Shown here piece after piece: positions 9,627-17,783 of a stretch of 24,302 bases of DNA. Made by a program: the position numbers and the translations under genes. The stretch comes from a virus (taxonomy: Duplodnaviria > Caudoviricetes): positions 1 to 24,302 of IMG/VR virus record IMGVR_UViG_3300038313_000129; one strand, given 5' to 3'. Positions within the stretch are counted from its first letter, which is position 1; each line of letters opens with the position of its first letter. The notes under the pieces are model-generated. The model did no database searches and was not told the DNA's origin. It saw nothing but the letters and a program-made list of their open reading frames with translations.

Positions 9627-10154
9627 TTAAAATTCCTCCGTTTTTAACTTCCCTTTAATTTTGTCGTTTCTTTTTTTTACCACAACCACGTTTGTTTTAC
9701 TGTCAAATATGTGACCGCCCACACTTTTCTTAATCCTTTGTTTTTTTATCCAATATCCTTTAGTTTCGTTGTAGTATTTTTCGACTAAATATATAATACC
9801 ATACTTCGGTTCGATTGTCAACAACTTTATTTTAATAATATAATCGACTGTTAATTCTATGCCTTTATATGTATGCCCGCTATTTATTAATTTAGTTATC
9901 TGCTTTCTTATCATTGGCTCATTTATTTCGCCTATTGTGTTCTGTAAGTATTCCACCAATCGGTCTGATTCGGCATTTTGAATCGGTGTCTTTTTGCCAT
10001 ATTTTATATTCATATAGTTTTCACGGTCTTTTTGTTTCTTACCTTCGTGTTTTAGATAGTGTTCTTCATTACAGTAATATCTTCCTTTTGCTGGGCTATA
10101 CGCTGTCTCTTTATCTATTTCTTTATGACAATATCTGCACTTAACGATTGTCAT
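9627..10154 (-). CDS. Zn-ribbon replication protein (SPbeta YorH-like, possible helicase loader)
   Basis: VKCRYC...RYYC..H N-terminus; lies between the recombinase/SSB and the helicase. Confidence 0.6.
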   Translation of the reverse strand: MTIVKCRYCHKEIDKETAYSPAKGRYYCNEEHYLKHEGKKQKDRENYMNIKYGKKTPIQNAESDRLVEYLQNTIGEINEPMIRKQITKLINSGHTYKGIELTVDYIIKIKLLTIEPKYGIIYLVEKYYNETKGYWIKKQRIKKSVGGHIFDSKTNVVVVKKRNDKIKGKLKTEEF

Positions 10155-10173
10155 TTATTTCACCGCCTTTAAC

Positions 10174-10226
10174 AATATAAGGGAGTAGATTAACAATACA
10201 CACTTTAATCCTACCCCCTTAATATT
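10174..10226 (-). terminator. stem-loop at the 3' end of the 186-aa ORF
   Basis: AAGGGGGUAGGAUUAA pairs with UUAAUCUACUCCCUU (one G-U, one bulge); weak U tail, so it may be a processing site instead. Confidence 0.55.
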
Positions 10227-10771
10227 ACAATATCATCTATTAGTTTCTTAGGATATTGACCAACTTTAGTAATATCCTTAATAATCAAATGAGGTCGCCT
10301 TATGTCATATATTCTTTCATTGTTACACTCATTCCCCATATAGGCAACGGAAAGCTGGTATCTGCCATATTTATCCTTTTTAAATCCTTTATCACATTCT
10401 ATTTCTAATATATCCTCGATACTCGGAAGAATAAATCTATCAGTATCGTAAGGCGACCCATCTATATTAAATGAAAGAACATCTTTATCTTTATTATCTA
10501 CCCTTGAAATATGGTGCATCTTATAACCATATGAAGTTAGGGTAGCGGTCAAATATACCCTTGTTGGATATAATGTACTTAATTTCCAACCATTAATCAA
10601 CCCTTCTAATTCGCACATCGCTGGCTTTTCATACATATAATATTTATCTTCATCACACTTTCGTATTACTTCGTAAGGCACACCTAATGTTTCGAGAATA
10701 GTATAATATTCTAAGCGATTATATTTTGGTGTATTTATGTAAAATCTTATGTATTTATTGCCAGTTTTCAC
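10211..10771 (-). CDS. hypothetical protein, GTG start
   Basis: 186 aa ORF; AAGGGG RBS. Confidence 0.75.
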   Translation of the reverse strand: MKTGNKYIRFYINTPKYNRLEYYTILETLGVPYEVIRKCDEDKYYMYEKPAMCELEGLINGWKLSTLYPTRVYLTATLTSYGYKMHHISRVDNKDKDVLSFNIDGSPYDTDRFILPSIEDILEIECDKGFKKDKYGRYQLSVAYMGNECNNERIYDIRRPHLIIKDITKVGQYPKKLIDDIVILRG

Positions 10772-10824
10772 TACTATTGCCCCTTTGATATATGGTATAT
10801 CGTTGTTTCGGGCAATAGTAAGTG
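10769..10824 (-). promoter_or_regulatory. RNA hairpin sequestering the RBS and start codon of ORF 10211-10771
   Basis: TACTATTGCCC (10772-10782) and GGGCAATAGTA (10810-10820) form a perfect inverted repeat, extended by CAC/GTG; inner GATATA/TATATC hairpin. Confidence 0.7.
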
Positions 10825-10862
10825 ATAGTTCATAAATCGTTCCTACACAATCTATTCGATTA

Positions 10863-11510
10863 TTAAAACGGACAATCCTCGCCCACCTCTACAGGCGATG
10901 GCTCTGATACTGGTGTTTCTTCTACGGTTGGTTCTGGTGTTTCCATTGTTGTAGCATTATAGAACGACTGTTCTGTCTCTGATGTCCCAGTCGTGTCGGT
11001 GTTTACACTAAATGGATTAGCCGAATCTGGAACGCCTATTTTTCTTGAATCTTTTATTTCTGGAATTTTGAAATCGCCATTTCTAATAGCATTGGCTGAA
11101 TGAACAGAATCAACTACTAGTTTCTTCTTAGATTCACCCTTTGAATTAGTATAAAGTTCCTCCCCGAATACCAATCCGATACCTTTCTTAACAAACATAG
11201 ATTCGGTTTCTCCGTCCCACTTAAATCCTTTATTGGTTTCCTCTATGCTAGTAACAAAACCCTTAAAGAACAACATTGCGGTGTCTTTATAAGACTTGAA
11301 GAAATATGGCATATCCCAACCCATCCTCTTTTTAAGGTCGGTATAATATCCCTTAAATTCTCCATCTGCAATATCGTAATATACCTTTAGGTATTCTCTA
11401 TCTGGTACATCTTCTACCCCAGTAATAATACAAACATATCCACCTGCTTTAGGTTTTTCAAATTCGGTATATTCCTGTGCAAGTTCCAACTTCTTGTTAA
11501 TATTTTTCAT
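10863..11510 (-). CDS. phage single-stranded DNA-binding protein
   Basis: PKAGGYVCII N-terminus, low-complexity acidic tail ending EDCPF; directly downstream of the Sak4-like ATPase. Confidence 0.75.
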   Translation of the reverse strand: MKNINKKLELAQEYTEFEKPKAGGYVCIITGVEDVPDREYLKVYYDIADGEFKGYYTDLKKRMGWDMPYFFKSYKDTAMLFFKGFVTSIEETNKGFKWDGETESMFVKKGIGLVFGEELYTNSKGESKKKLVVDSVHSANAIRNGDFKIPEIKDSRKIGVPDSANPFSVNTDTTGTSETEQSFYNATTMETPEPTVEETPVSEPSPVEVGEDCPF

Positions 11511-11534
11511 ATATTCATTTCTCCTTTATTTTAT

Positions 11535-12212
11535 TTAAACTGTTTTAGATTTAGGGGTAACGGTTGATGTTTTCTTGGCAACATACCCTCGTTTTGGCGG
11601 TAAAGACCAATACTCTCTAATAGTATCATCCACCATTTTTAGGTCGTTGTCTATATCATTGTTTTCAAACATCCCCATAGGTGATTTGGCGGTATTTGTG
11701 CCGTCAGAATGTGTAATAAATCTAAACTTACCATTATCTGCTGTTGCCAACAAAACTATGTCAAAAAGTCCCTCTACCGTTAACTGGGAGTCAAGCATCT
11801 TTCCAATAGTTTTCATCTTTATCTTACCAGTAACCTCGCTTTGTTCGGTGTGTGCCAACAAATATACTATTGTATCATCTGGAGTATTATTTATAATATA
11901 TTTCAACATATCATAAAAATTCTTCGCCATATCTGTGAATTTACCATATCCTGTTTCTTTTGCTTTATCAAAAGACTCGAAACACATAAGATAATTCGCG
12001 TCATCTATCACATATGTATTAGTATATTTACCGTTTAAGGCGTTGGCTATATCTACATATGTTGCACCACGCTTATTAATAGTAAATTTACCCTTAAACG
12101 GTAATAGTTTTGAACTTACATTTAGAAATGTAATATCATTAGCACCAAAATTTCTTAGACTGGTAGTTTTTCCACTACCACTTTCACCCATTATAAGAAC
12201 AGGAATCCCCAT
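11535..12212 (-). CDS. Sak4-like AAA_24 ATPase / single-strand annealing protein
   Basis: GESGSGKTTS Walker A, VIDD Walker B, LAH, GKMLD, VEGLFDIVL, AKSP. Confidence 0.88.
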   Translation of the reverse strand: MGIPVLIMGESGSGKTTSLRNFGANDITFLNVSSKLLPFKGKFTINKRGATYVDIANALNGKYTNTYVIDDANYLMCFESFDKAKETGYGKFTDMAKNFYDMLKYIINNTPDDTIVYLLAHTEQSEVTGKIKMKTIGKMLDSQLTVEGLFDIVLLATADNGKFRFITHSDGTNTAKSPMGMFENNDIDNDLKMVDDTIREYWSLPPKRGYVAKKTSTVTPKSKTV

Positions 12213-12225
12213 ATTATCTACCTCC

Positions 12226-12480
12226 TTAAATTATATCAAAAAATCTTTCCATCGCTGTTGATACTGGTATAAATCCATTCCAATACCCATAATCGTCCAA
12301 GAATTTTTCCTTCAAATTATTCAATTCCCTTTCCTTTTTTTCGATTTCAGCAATTCTGTCTTTCTTTTCAGCCGATTTTTTCTTTTCTGCTTCTTCCTTT
12401 TCTTTCTTTTCTTTTTCAAACTTCAAAGCATCTTCTTTGTTTTCAAAACTTTTTCCGTCAACATCATACATTATTTTCAT
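12226..12480 (-). CDS. hypothetical coiled-coil protein
   Basis: E/K-rich 84 aa ORF. Confidence 0.75.
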   Translation of the reverse strand: MKIMYDVDGKSFENKEDALKFEKEKKEKEEAEKKKSAEKKDRIAEIEKKERELNNLKEKFLDDYGYWNGFIPVSTAMERFFDII

Positions 12481-12487
12481 TAATATT

Positions 12488-12751
12488 CTAATCTCCTATC
12501 TCTATACATTTATTTATAAGTTTACCATAGACATCCATATATAATTCGTTTTTATCGCCGTTGTATGTAAATTCATAATACACTTGGTCTGGAATGTCTG
12601 TACTTAACAATGCTTTCTGATTCTGTAATGTCTTACACAACCAAACAACATATACATCGCAGTCTTTCTTTTCATTGCCCCATATATCATGTAGGTAATG
12701 ACGGACTTCACTTTTGCATATGTCGGTAAATTCTCTACTCGACTTTATCAT
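12488..12751 (-). CDS. DUF6275-like phage protein
   Basis: VYVVWLCKTLQNQKALLST...YYEFTYNGDKNELYMDVY pattern; ATG 12751 follows AAGGAGG. Confidence 0.75.
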   Translation of the reverse strand: MIKSSREFTDICKSEVRHYLHDIWGNEKKDCDVYVVWLCKTLQNQKALLSTDIPDQVYYEFTYNGDKNELYMDVYGKLINKCIEIGD

Positions 12752-12908
12752 TTGCATCCTCCTTATTTGTGTTATAAGGGTTTGTCTCCCATTTACCATA
12801 TCTTTCCTCTAACGATATATGTTTGCGATTTTTAGACATATATCCCATTGAATGTCCTTTACAAATATCCTTACTAACATATCCACGCCACGGCTTAGTG
12901 TTTCTCAT
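12735..12908 (-). CDS. hypothetical protein, 57 aa
   Basis: MRNTKPWRGY... TAATG-coupled to the upstream gene. Confidence 0.55.
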   Translation of the reverse strand: MRNTKPWRGYVSKDICKGHSMGYMSKNRKHISLEERYGKWETNPYNTNKEDANDKVE

Positions 12909-13153
12909 TATAGTTCCACCCCTTCTATTACAGCCCTTTCGTCCAAATAAGACTGATATACTTCCATAGCCTTTAACTGTCCGTTCAAAAGGTCGTAACT
13001 GCAATTTGGTGTAAATGGTAAAGTTCCATCCTGATATTTAATAAGCATTTGTTCAAGACCAACGCATCTGTTTTCCAACTGATAATATTCCGCCTTGAAC
13101 CTATCCTTATAATCTTCACTACACATTAAATCAAGTGTTTTGTTAAGTTTCAT
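12908..13153 (-). CDS. crAss001_48-like helical hairpin protein
   Basis: MxSEDYKDRFKAEYYQL...LLxxQLxAMxxYxxxLxxRAxxEG pattern; start at ATG 13153. Confidence 0.75.
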   Translation of the reverse strand: MKLNKTLDLMCSEDYKDRFKAEYYQLENRCVGLEQMLIKYQDGTLPFTPNCSYDLLNGQLKAMEVYQSYLDERAVIEGVEL

Positions 13154-13382
13154 TCTTTTTCTCCTTTTTGTCGTAAATACCGTCAACACCCTTATCAAAA
13201 TTCTTGCGTAACCCCAGTTCTTTCTTACACCATTCAACCAAATCAGTATCAGACTCGCTCATACTAATCAAGTCTTTTAATGCCAAACAATACCCTTGTG
13301 ATAGGGCTTTGACATAATTACGCTTCAATTCATTTTGATAATAATTGACTACCTTGTCTACATTATCCTGTTTCTTTGACAT
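13143..13382 (-). CDS. hypothetical protein
   Basis: 79 aa, GGGAGGTGG RBS, TATAAT at 13402-13407. Confidence 0.75.
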   Translation of the reverse strand: MSKKQDNVDKVVNYYQNELKRNYVKALSQGYCLALKDLISMSESDTDLVEWCKKELGLRKNFDKGVDGIYDKKEKKNET

Positions 13383-13447
13383 ATTACCACCTCCCTACTA
13401 TATTATACAATATTTTTTGTAATTAAGACACCATAAATTTTAAAAAA

Positions 13448-14122
13448 TTACAAGAAAAATTCTTTAAAATATGGTAGTGTTTCGCACCAATCACAAAATT
13501 GATGCCATTCGGTCAGTTTGTGATTTTGTCGCTGGCTGTAGATATGATATACATTCTCATAACTCATAGTAATAGTTCTTGTTTGTAGCCAAGATTCTGG
13601 TAACCATCTTATTAGTTCTTTCCAATATCTTTTGTCTTGTGTTTCAAGATATGTTTTACGTATTAGTTCTAAATAACAAATATTATCCTTTGCTAACATA
13701 CCTATATCTGTAAGGTCTATGCCTATAGGTAAATCACCTTCAAAATCGTCTGTTTCAAAGCAATCTAATGTGATAGGTGTAGTCGATAGTTTGTGCATCG
13801 TGCTTGTACTATTAGCCGTTGTTCCCACTTTGTAAGTATCAAATTCTTTCCAATAATATAACGGGGCGGTAATATCTACGCTCACCATAATCTGCCTTAG
13901 AAACTTTCTGTGTTCTGAACCAGCATTGATTAATTTCTTAGCAAGCGTCATATCATTATCGCCAATAATAACACCATTATAACATTTATTACATTGGTCG
14001 TTATCACATTGTTCACAATCTCCATTGAACTCGCTATCACTTTTATCCCAACTATTCATAGGATTACGCATACCACGCAATGCTCCCTCGAAATTAAATA
14101 TTCGCGTATTCTCAAACTTCAT
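13448..14122 (-). CDS. ThyX/Thy1-like (FAD-dependent thymidylate synthase-related) protein
   Basis: H-x-KFLRQI, APLYYWKEFDTY, STMH, LP, R-x-N-H-KL-x-EW follow the Thy1 layout; the canonical RHR motif is absent. Confidence 0.55.
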   Translation of the reverse strand: MKFENTRIFNFEGALRGMRNPMNSWDKSDSEFNGDCEQCDNDQCNKCYNGVIIGDNDMTLAKKLINAGSEHRKFLRQIMVSVDITAPLYYWKEFDTYKVGTTANSTSTMHKLSTTPITLDCFETDDFEGDLPIGIDLTDIGMLAKDNICYLELIRKTYLETQDKRYWKELIRWLPESWLQTRTITMSYENVYHIYSQRQNHKLTEWHQFCDWCETLPYFKEFFL

Positions 14123-14137
14123 TAATTTATCCCTTCT

Positions 14138-14293
14138 TTAGCCTCTAACTATTGTAGACAAAAATATTCCACCCACAATATATAAAGACCAATAATATAA
14201 CCAACTACAAGATATTTTAGAAATTTCTTGTGTGACACCGATTACTCCAATAATAAAATATAGTACCACAAGTATTACACACCAAGTTTCCAT
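14138..14293 (-). CDS. small two-TM membrane protein, 51 aa
   Basis: METWCVILVVLYFIIGVIGV...WLYYWSLYIVGGIFLSTIVRG*; AAGGAG RBS. Confidence 0.7.
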   Translation of the reverse strand: METWCVILVVLYFIIGVIGVTQEISKISCSWLYYWSLYIVGGIFLSTIVRG

Positions 14294-14306
14294 ATTCTTT
14301 CTCCTT

Positions 14307-14861
14307 TTATTCCTCTGCCATTAACGCCCTAACTTTGCTCGCCCACCCACTATTATCGGGACAATATTTAGATTGCATTGCTTCGGGGGTCGTTAATCCT
14401 TCATCATAATAGTTTTCTTTAAGACACAATATAAACGCATTTACGCCCGAAAGCGTACTACTATAATAAATCCAGCCGTTACCGTTTCGCATACCGCCCA
14501 CATTATTATTCTGTTTATACATAGCACTAGTAAAATTACCAGTTTCCAACCTTGATATTGCAACCGCCAGTTTAGGATTTATACCAACTTTTTTCGCAAC
14601 TATAACTATTAGTTCTTTAGTAGTATAATTTTTAGCAGTTCCAGTCTTTTTTATCTGCTTTTGTATATCGTTTAACTCTGAATATACCAACTTACTTTCA
14701 TCCCTTTGATGTTGTAATTCCGTTTGCGTTTTTGATAATTCGTTATCTATATTTGTTATTTGCTTATTAATAGTATATGTTAATGTAAATATTACACTTG
14801 CAAACATCACTCCTGATGCTATTATTGCAATCATTTTCCTTGTATGTCTATTAATCTTGAT
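14307..14861 (-). CDS. membrane-anchored glucosaminidase (GH73/lysozyme-like) cell-wall hydrolase
   Basis: N-terminal TM and coiled coil, then AISRLETG, NNVGGM and KYCP..W. First ATG is at 14834; an ATC at 14861 has the better RBS. Confidence 0.8.
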   Translation of the reverse strand: MKINRHTRKMIAIIASGVMFASVIFTLTYTINKQITNIDNELSKTQTELQHQRDESKLVYSELNDIQKQIKKTGTAKNYTTKELIVIVAKKVGINPKLAVAISRLETGNFTSAMYKQNNNVGGMRNGNGWIYYSSTLSGVNAFILCLKENYYDEGLTTPEAMQSKYCPDNSGWASKVRALMAEE

Positions 14862-14871
14862 AAAATCACTC

Positions 14872-15120
14872 CTATCTCTTGAAATGGTATATAGTGTTTA
14901 ATGTTTCAAAAACCATTTCGTTTTCCAAATCAATATCAACTACCATACTGGTAATTAATCCCGTATCATTTTCGCTTTTAGAGTTGAAATAATATGGCAC
15001 TCCAATCTTTAATCTGTCAAGGTTATATTCTTGTCCTATTCTTGTTGAATAATGACAACCATCTTTATCACCTTTTGGATTATTATTTTTATCCGTTACA
15101 GATACTAATGTGTATTTCAT
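14872..15120 (-). CDS. hypothetical protein
   Basis: 82 aa, GGGAG RBS. Confidence 0.75.
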   Translation of the reverse strand: MKYTLVSVTDKNNNPKGDKDGCHYSTRIGQEYNLDRLKIGVPYYFNSKSENDTGLITSMVVDIDLENEMVFETLNTIYHFKR

Positions 15121-15124
15121 TTAT

Positions 15125-15181
15125 TTATCTCCCTTCGCATACATTCCCATTAAAAACACGACTATTGTTCACAACCGCCAT
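15125..15181 (-). CDS. 18-aa mini-ORF
   Basis: MAVVNNSRVFNGNVCEGR* after TAAGGAG; fills the gap between the recombinase and the next gene. Confidence 0.4.
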   Translation of the reverse strand: MAVVNNSRVFNGNVCEGR

Positions 15182-15190
15182 ATCTGCTCC

Positions 15191-16024
15191 TTAATATAAA
15201 TCTATATTCATAGCATTAACTACCTGTGTATTATTAGTTTTTATATATCTCATAGTTGTTTCAATCCTGCTATGTCCTAATATCTTTTGAACCGTTGGAA
15301 TTGGTACGTTATTTTCTGCTAATAATGAAGCATAGGTACATCTGAATAAATGGGGCGAAACCGCTTTCCAATCTTCTATTCCAGCCCTTTTAGCCAGTGC
15401 TTTCAATGTCTTGTTGATAGTTTTCTCCTTCATTTCTGTACCATTGTTTGATACGAAAATGTTATCAATATCACAATTTTTTCTACTTTTGAGATACTCT
15501 TTTATAAAGCCTCTCGTTTTATTCGATACAGATATAACTCTATCCTTGTCGCCCTTCCCGTGTATGACAACAGTTTCGCTGTCAAGGTCGGATAATTTCA
15601 TATCTATCAATTCGCTAACACGAATACCCGTACTCGCTAAAGTCTGAACAATTGCCTTATCCCTTGAATTTTTCCCCTGTCTAATTATAGCGTTTACTTC
15701 ATCTACAGTTAGTGGGACTTTTTCTTTAGATTTCGGTGTAAATGTCTGAAAGTTCTCTATGGGATTTTCGCTTATATATCCAATAGCTGTCAACCATTTA
15801 AAATATGACTTCAATGCCATTATTTTTCTTGACATAGTTGCGGTTGAATACTGTTCACGATAATGTCCGAACCATTCACTTATATCATTATATGTGATTT
15901 CAGATTCGTTCTTGCCAACATATTCCATAAACTGTCCTATATCAAATCTGTAAGCCACTTTTGTATCTTCATCTAACCTATTGCCGTGTCTATTAATTTT
16001 TTCATTCAAGAATCTTTCTAACAT
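15191..16024 (-). CDS. XerC/D-like tyrosine recombinase
   Basis: TGIRVSE, GKGDKDR, PHLFR, LGHS, TTMRY (R-K-H-R-H-Y) plus a core-binding N-terminal domain. Confidence 0.95.
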   Translation of the reverse strand: MLERFLNEKINRHGNRLDEDTKVAYRFDIGQFMEYVGKNESEITYNDISEWFGHYREQYSTATMSRKIMALKSYFKWLTAIGYISENPIENFQTFTPKSKEKVPLTVDEVNAIIRQGKNSRDKAIVQTLASTGIRVSELIDMKLSDLDSETVVIHGKGDKDRVISVSNKTRGFIKEYLKSRKNCDIDNIFVSNNGTEMKEKTINKTLKALAKRAGIEDWKAVSPHLFRCTYASLLAENNVPIPTVQKILGHSRIETTMRYIKTNNTQVVNAMNIDLY

Positions 16025-16054
16025 TTTATTGTCCTCCTTTGTTTTGATATATAT

Positions 16055-16083
16055 ATCTTAACATATAATATGATATTTGTCAA
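16055..16083 (-). promoter_or_regulatory. sigma-A promoter of the recombinase operon
   Basis: TTGACA-17-TAAGAT with extended TG; AAGGAGG RBS downstream. Confidence 0.85.
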
Positions 16084-16155
16084 CAAGAAAATGCAAATAT
16101 GCTACAAATAATTCCTGTTATAAGTAGAAAATATATTAACATAACCTAAACCATC

Positions 16156-16626
16156 CTAACACGTACACATTTCTGTATTCGCATATTTTTTAATTCCCGC
16201 TTTATCTATAAGATATACTCCATAACCGTCTGTGCTTTCAATAGCATAAATAGTTTTATCGTATCTTCTATGTTGCGCAATTTTTATAACTTTATATTCG
16301 CTACCCATTCCTGGTTTATGACCATATGCGTACATAACCGCCTTATCAGGTATATTATGTAATACCCAATCAGTATATCTAGAATATATCATAGCTGGAT
16401 TAATTACCTCCACATAATCACCTTCTGAAATATCTTCATACTTGGCAATCGCCCTATTTTTTGACAATTCCGCACCTTTGTTAAAATCGAACACATCACT
16501 CTTACAACAAGTTGCCCGTCCAGTTGCTAATTTTACACTTTTCTTATTTTTTGTACCATATAGTGTAGTGATTACACTTCTTGTACCGTTTCTTTTGGTT
16601 ATTATTTTTCTGATTTCCTTATCCAT
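16156..16626 (-). CDS. two-domain hypothetical protein (GxAxC..D.F...G...RA domain + SH3-like domain)
   Basis: GRATCCKSDVFDFNKGAELSKNRA followed by ISEGDYVEVI. Confidence 0.7.
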   Translation of the reverse strand: MDKEIRKIITKRNGTRSVITTLYGTKNKKSVKLATGRATCCKSDVFDFNKGAELSKNRAIAKYEDISEGDYVEVINPAMIYSRYTDWVLHNIPDKAVMYAYGHKPGMGSEYKVIKIAQHRRYDKTIYAIESTDGYGVYLIDKAGIKKYANTEMCTC

Positions 16627-16644
16627 TTTCGTTTTCCTTTCTTA

Positions 16645-16766
16645 TTTTTGGTTTTCATTTTCAAAAACGATTTTCAATTTTGATTTTTAAATTTCGTTTT
16701 CATTTTTTATTTTTAGATTTCATTTTTTTTTAATTTTAAATGTAAAATTAAAGTTCAAAATTAAAA
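16645..16766. repeat. degenerate hexamer / T-tract low-complexity repeat
   Basis: Runs of ATTTTC, GATTTT, TTTTCA and TTTTTA units in an intergenic gap. Confidence 0.6.
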
Positions 16767-17018
16767 TCAAAGTTTACTAGGCAAACTGCCGTGATTCAAG
16801 TTCCACCTTAAGCACCATGCCTTATACTCTTCTTCTGTAATCCTGTCACCAACATAATCAATTTTGACCTGCCGTGCATCATTAGTGTCTGGCGACAATG
16901 AATATGGTTTTATCTTTTTGTTCTTTTTAAGACCATTTGCGCCAACAGGATTTGACCTTAAATAGTCTTGCATCGCCAATTCGGAAATTATCTTATCAAT
17001 TGCTTTCGTGTTCTTCAT
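16767..17018 (-). CDS. hypothetical protein
   Basis: 83 aa, AAGGAGGT RBS, own promoter. Confidence 0.8.
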   Translation of the reverse strand: MKNTKAIDKIISELAMQDYLRSNPVGANGLKKNKKIKPYSLSPDTNDARQVKIDYVGDRITEEEYKAWCLRWNLNHGSLPSKL

Positions 17019-17042
17019 TTCTATACCTCCTTGATACCATAT

Positions 17043-17071
17043 ACCTTAACATATAATATAATATTTGTCAA
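17043..17071 (-). promoter_or_regulatory. sigma-A promoter, near copy of the recombinase promoter
   Basis: TTGACA-17-TAAGGT; 17039-17072 matches 16051-16084 at 32/34 positions. Confidence 0.8.
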
Positions 17072-17270
17072 CTATTTTTTGTGGTTTAGGCTGAATTTTC
17101 TTCAGTTAGTCGCCAGTTGCCATATTCATACCATTCTATAGGTAGGATTTAAGGGCGAAATTTGGATTCAGGCATAAGTTTTTCGACTTTCCTACCATTA
17201 TTGAGTAGTTATTCATTAAAGGAATTAAATCGTTTAAAACATATCTTTTCTTCGATTTGGTTTAAGAATC

Positions 17271-17404
17271 GTTTTCTTTAATTTAATTTAATTTTATAAA
17301 AAAATAATTTAATTAAAATCTTTTTAAATTTATTTTTTTTATTTTTAATCAAATTGTTTTTTTTAAAACATTTTTTTAATTTTATTTTTTTCAAAATCTT
17401 TTTA
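17271..17404. other. extremely AT-rich tract with repeated T-runs
   Basis: 8 G/C in 134 bp; ends abruptly at the G-rich box CCTCGTGGGGGTATTTTGGGCGCACG. Confidence 0.85.
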
Positions 17405-17457
17405 CCTCGTGGGGGTATTTTGGGCGCACGATTACCTCAGAAAAAATTTGGGGGTTG

Positions 17458-17553
17458 AATTATCAGAATATTTAGAAATGTATATATATTCATTTTCAGA
17501 TAATTCGTACTATTCTGACAATTTCCAATTATTCCCAAAAATGTCAGAATTTT
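17458..17553. promoter_or_regulatory. cluster of CodY-box-like sites
   Basis: Against AATTTTCWGAAAATT: 17458 AATTATCAGAATATT 13/15, 17467 11/15, 17491 CATTTTCAGATAATT 13/15, 17509 ACTATTCTGACAATT 12/15, 17539 11/15. Confidence 0.6.
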
Positions 17554-17716
17554 CCAGCCTACAAAAAAATGGGAATTTTTACCAAAACTTCCAGTTACTT
17601 ACAATTTATTTTTTTGCAACTTGGATGTTTGCGGCTTTAAACTCCCATTGTTTGTCATTCCATACAACACGATTTTTCGATTAAACCGTGAGGCTTTTTA
17701 TTTAATTTATACCTAT

Positions 17717-17744
17717 ATTATATCACAGTTCCAGCCATTGTCAA
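17717..17744 (-). promoter_or_regulatory. sigma-A promoter with no substantial downstream ORF
   Basis: TTGACA-16-TATAAT with extended TG. Confidence 0.75.
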
Positions 17745-17748
17745 TAGA

Positions 17749-17767
17749 AATAATGAAAATAATTATG
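17749..17767. promoter_or_regulatory. Fur-box-like site
   Basis: AATAATGAAAATAATTATG, 15/19 to GATAATGATAATCATTATC, 4 bp from a -35 hexamer. Confidence 0.45.
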
Positions 17768-17783
17768 TTTTTATTTTGATACA
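17765..17783. repeat. 19-bp TGT-N12-ACA operator-like motif, copy 1 of 4
   Basis: ATGTTTTTATTTTGATACA; other copies at 20323, 22745 and 23263. Confidence 0.65.

Noticed and set aside
17411-17454. G-quadruplex
   Set aside because: Only three G-runs, with one long loop.
17606-17659. tmRNA-tag-like reading (ANIQVAKK*) / 17-aa ORF MTKQWEFKAANIQVAKK
   Set aside because: No ALAA-type ending, no tRNA-like ends and no RBS.
17409-17684. 91-aa + strand ORF
   Set aside because: GTG start without an RBS; its SE/SDN repeats are a by-product of the 9-bp-phased CodY-like boxes.
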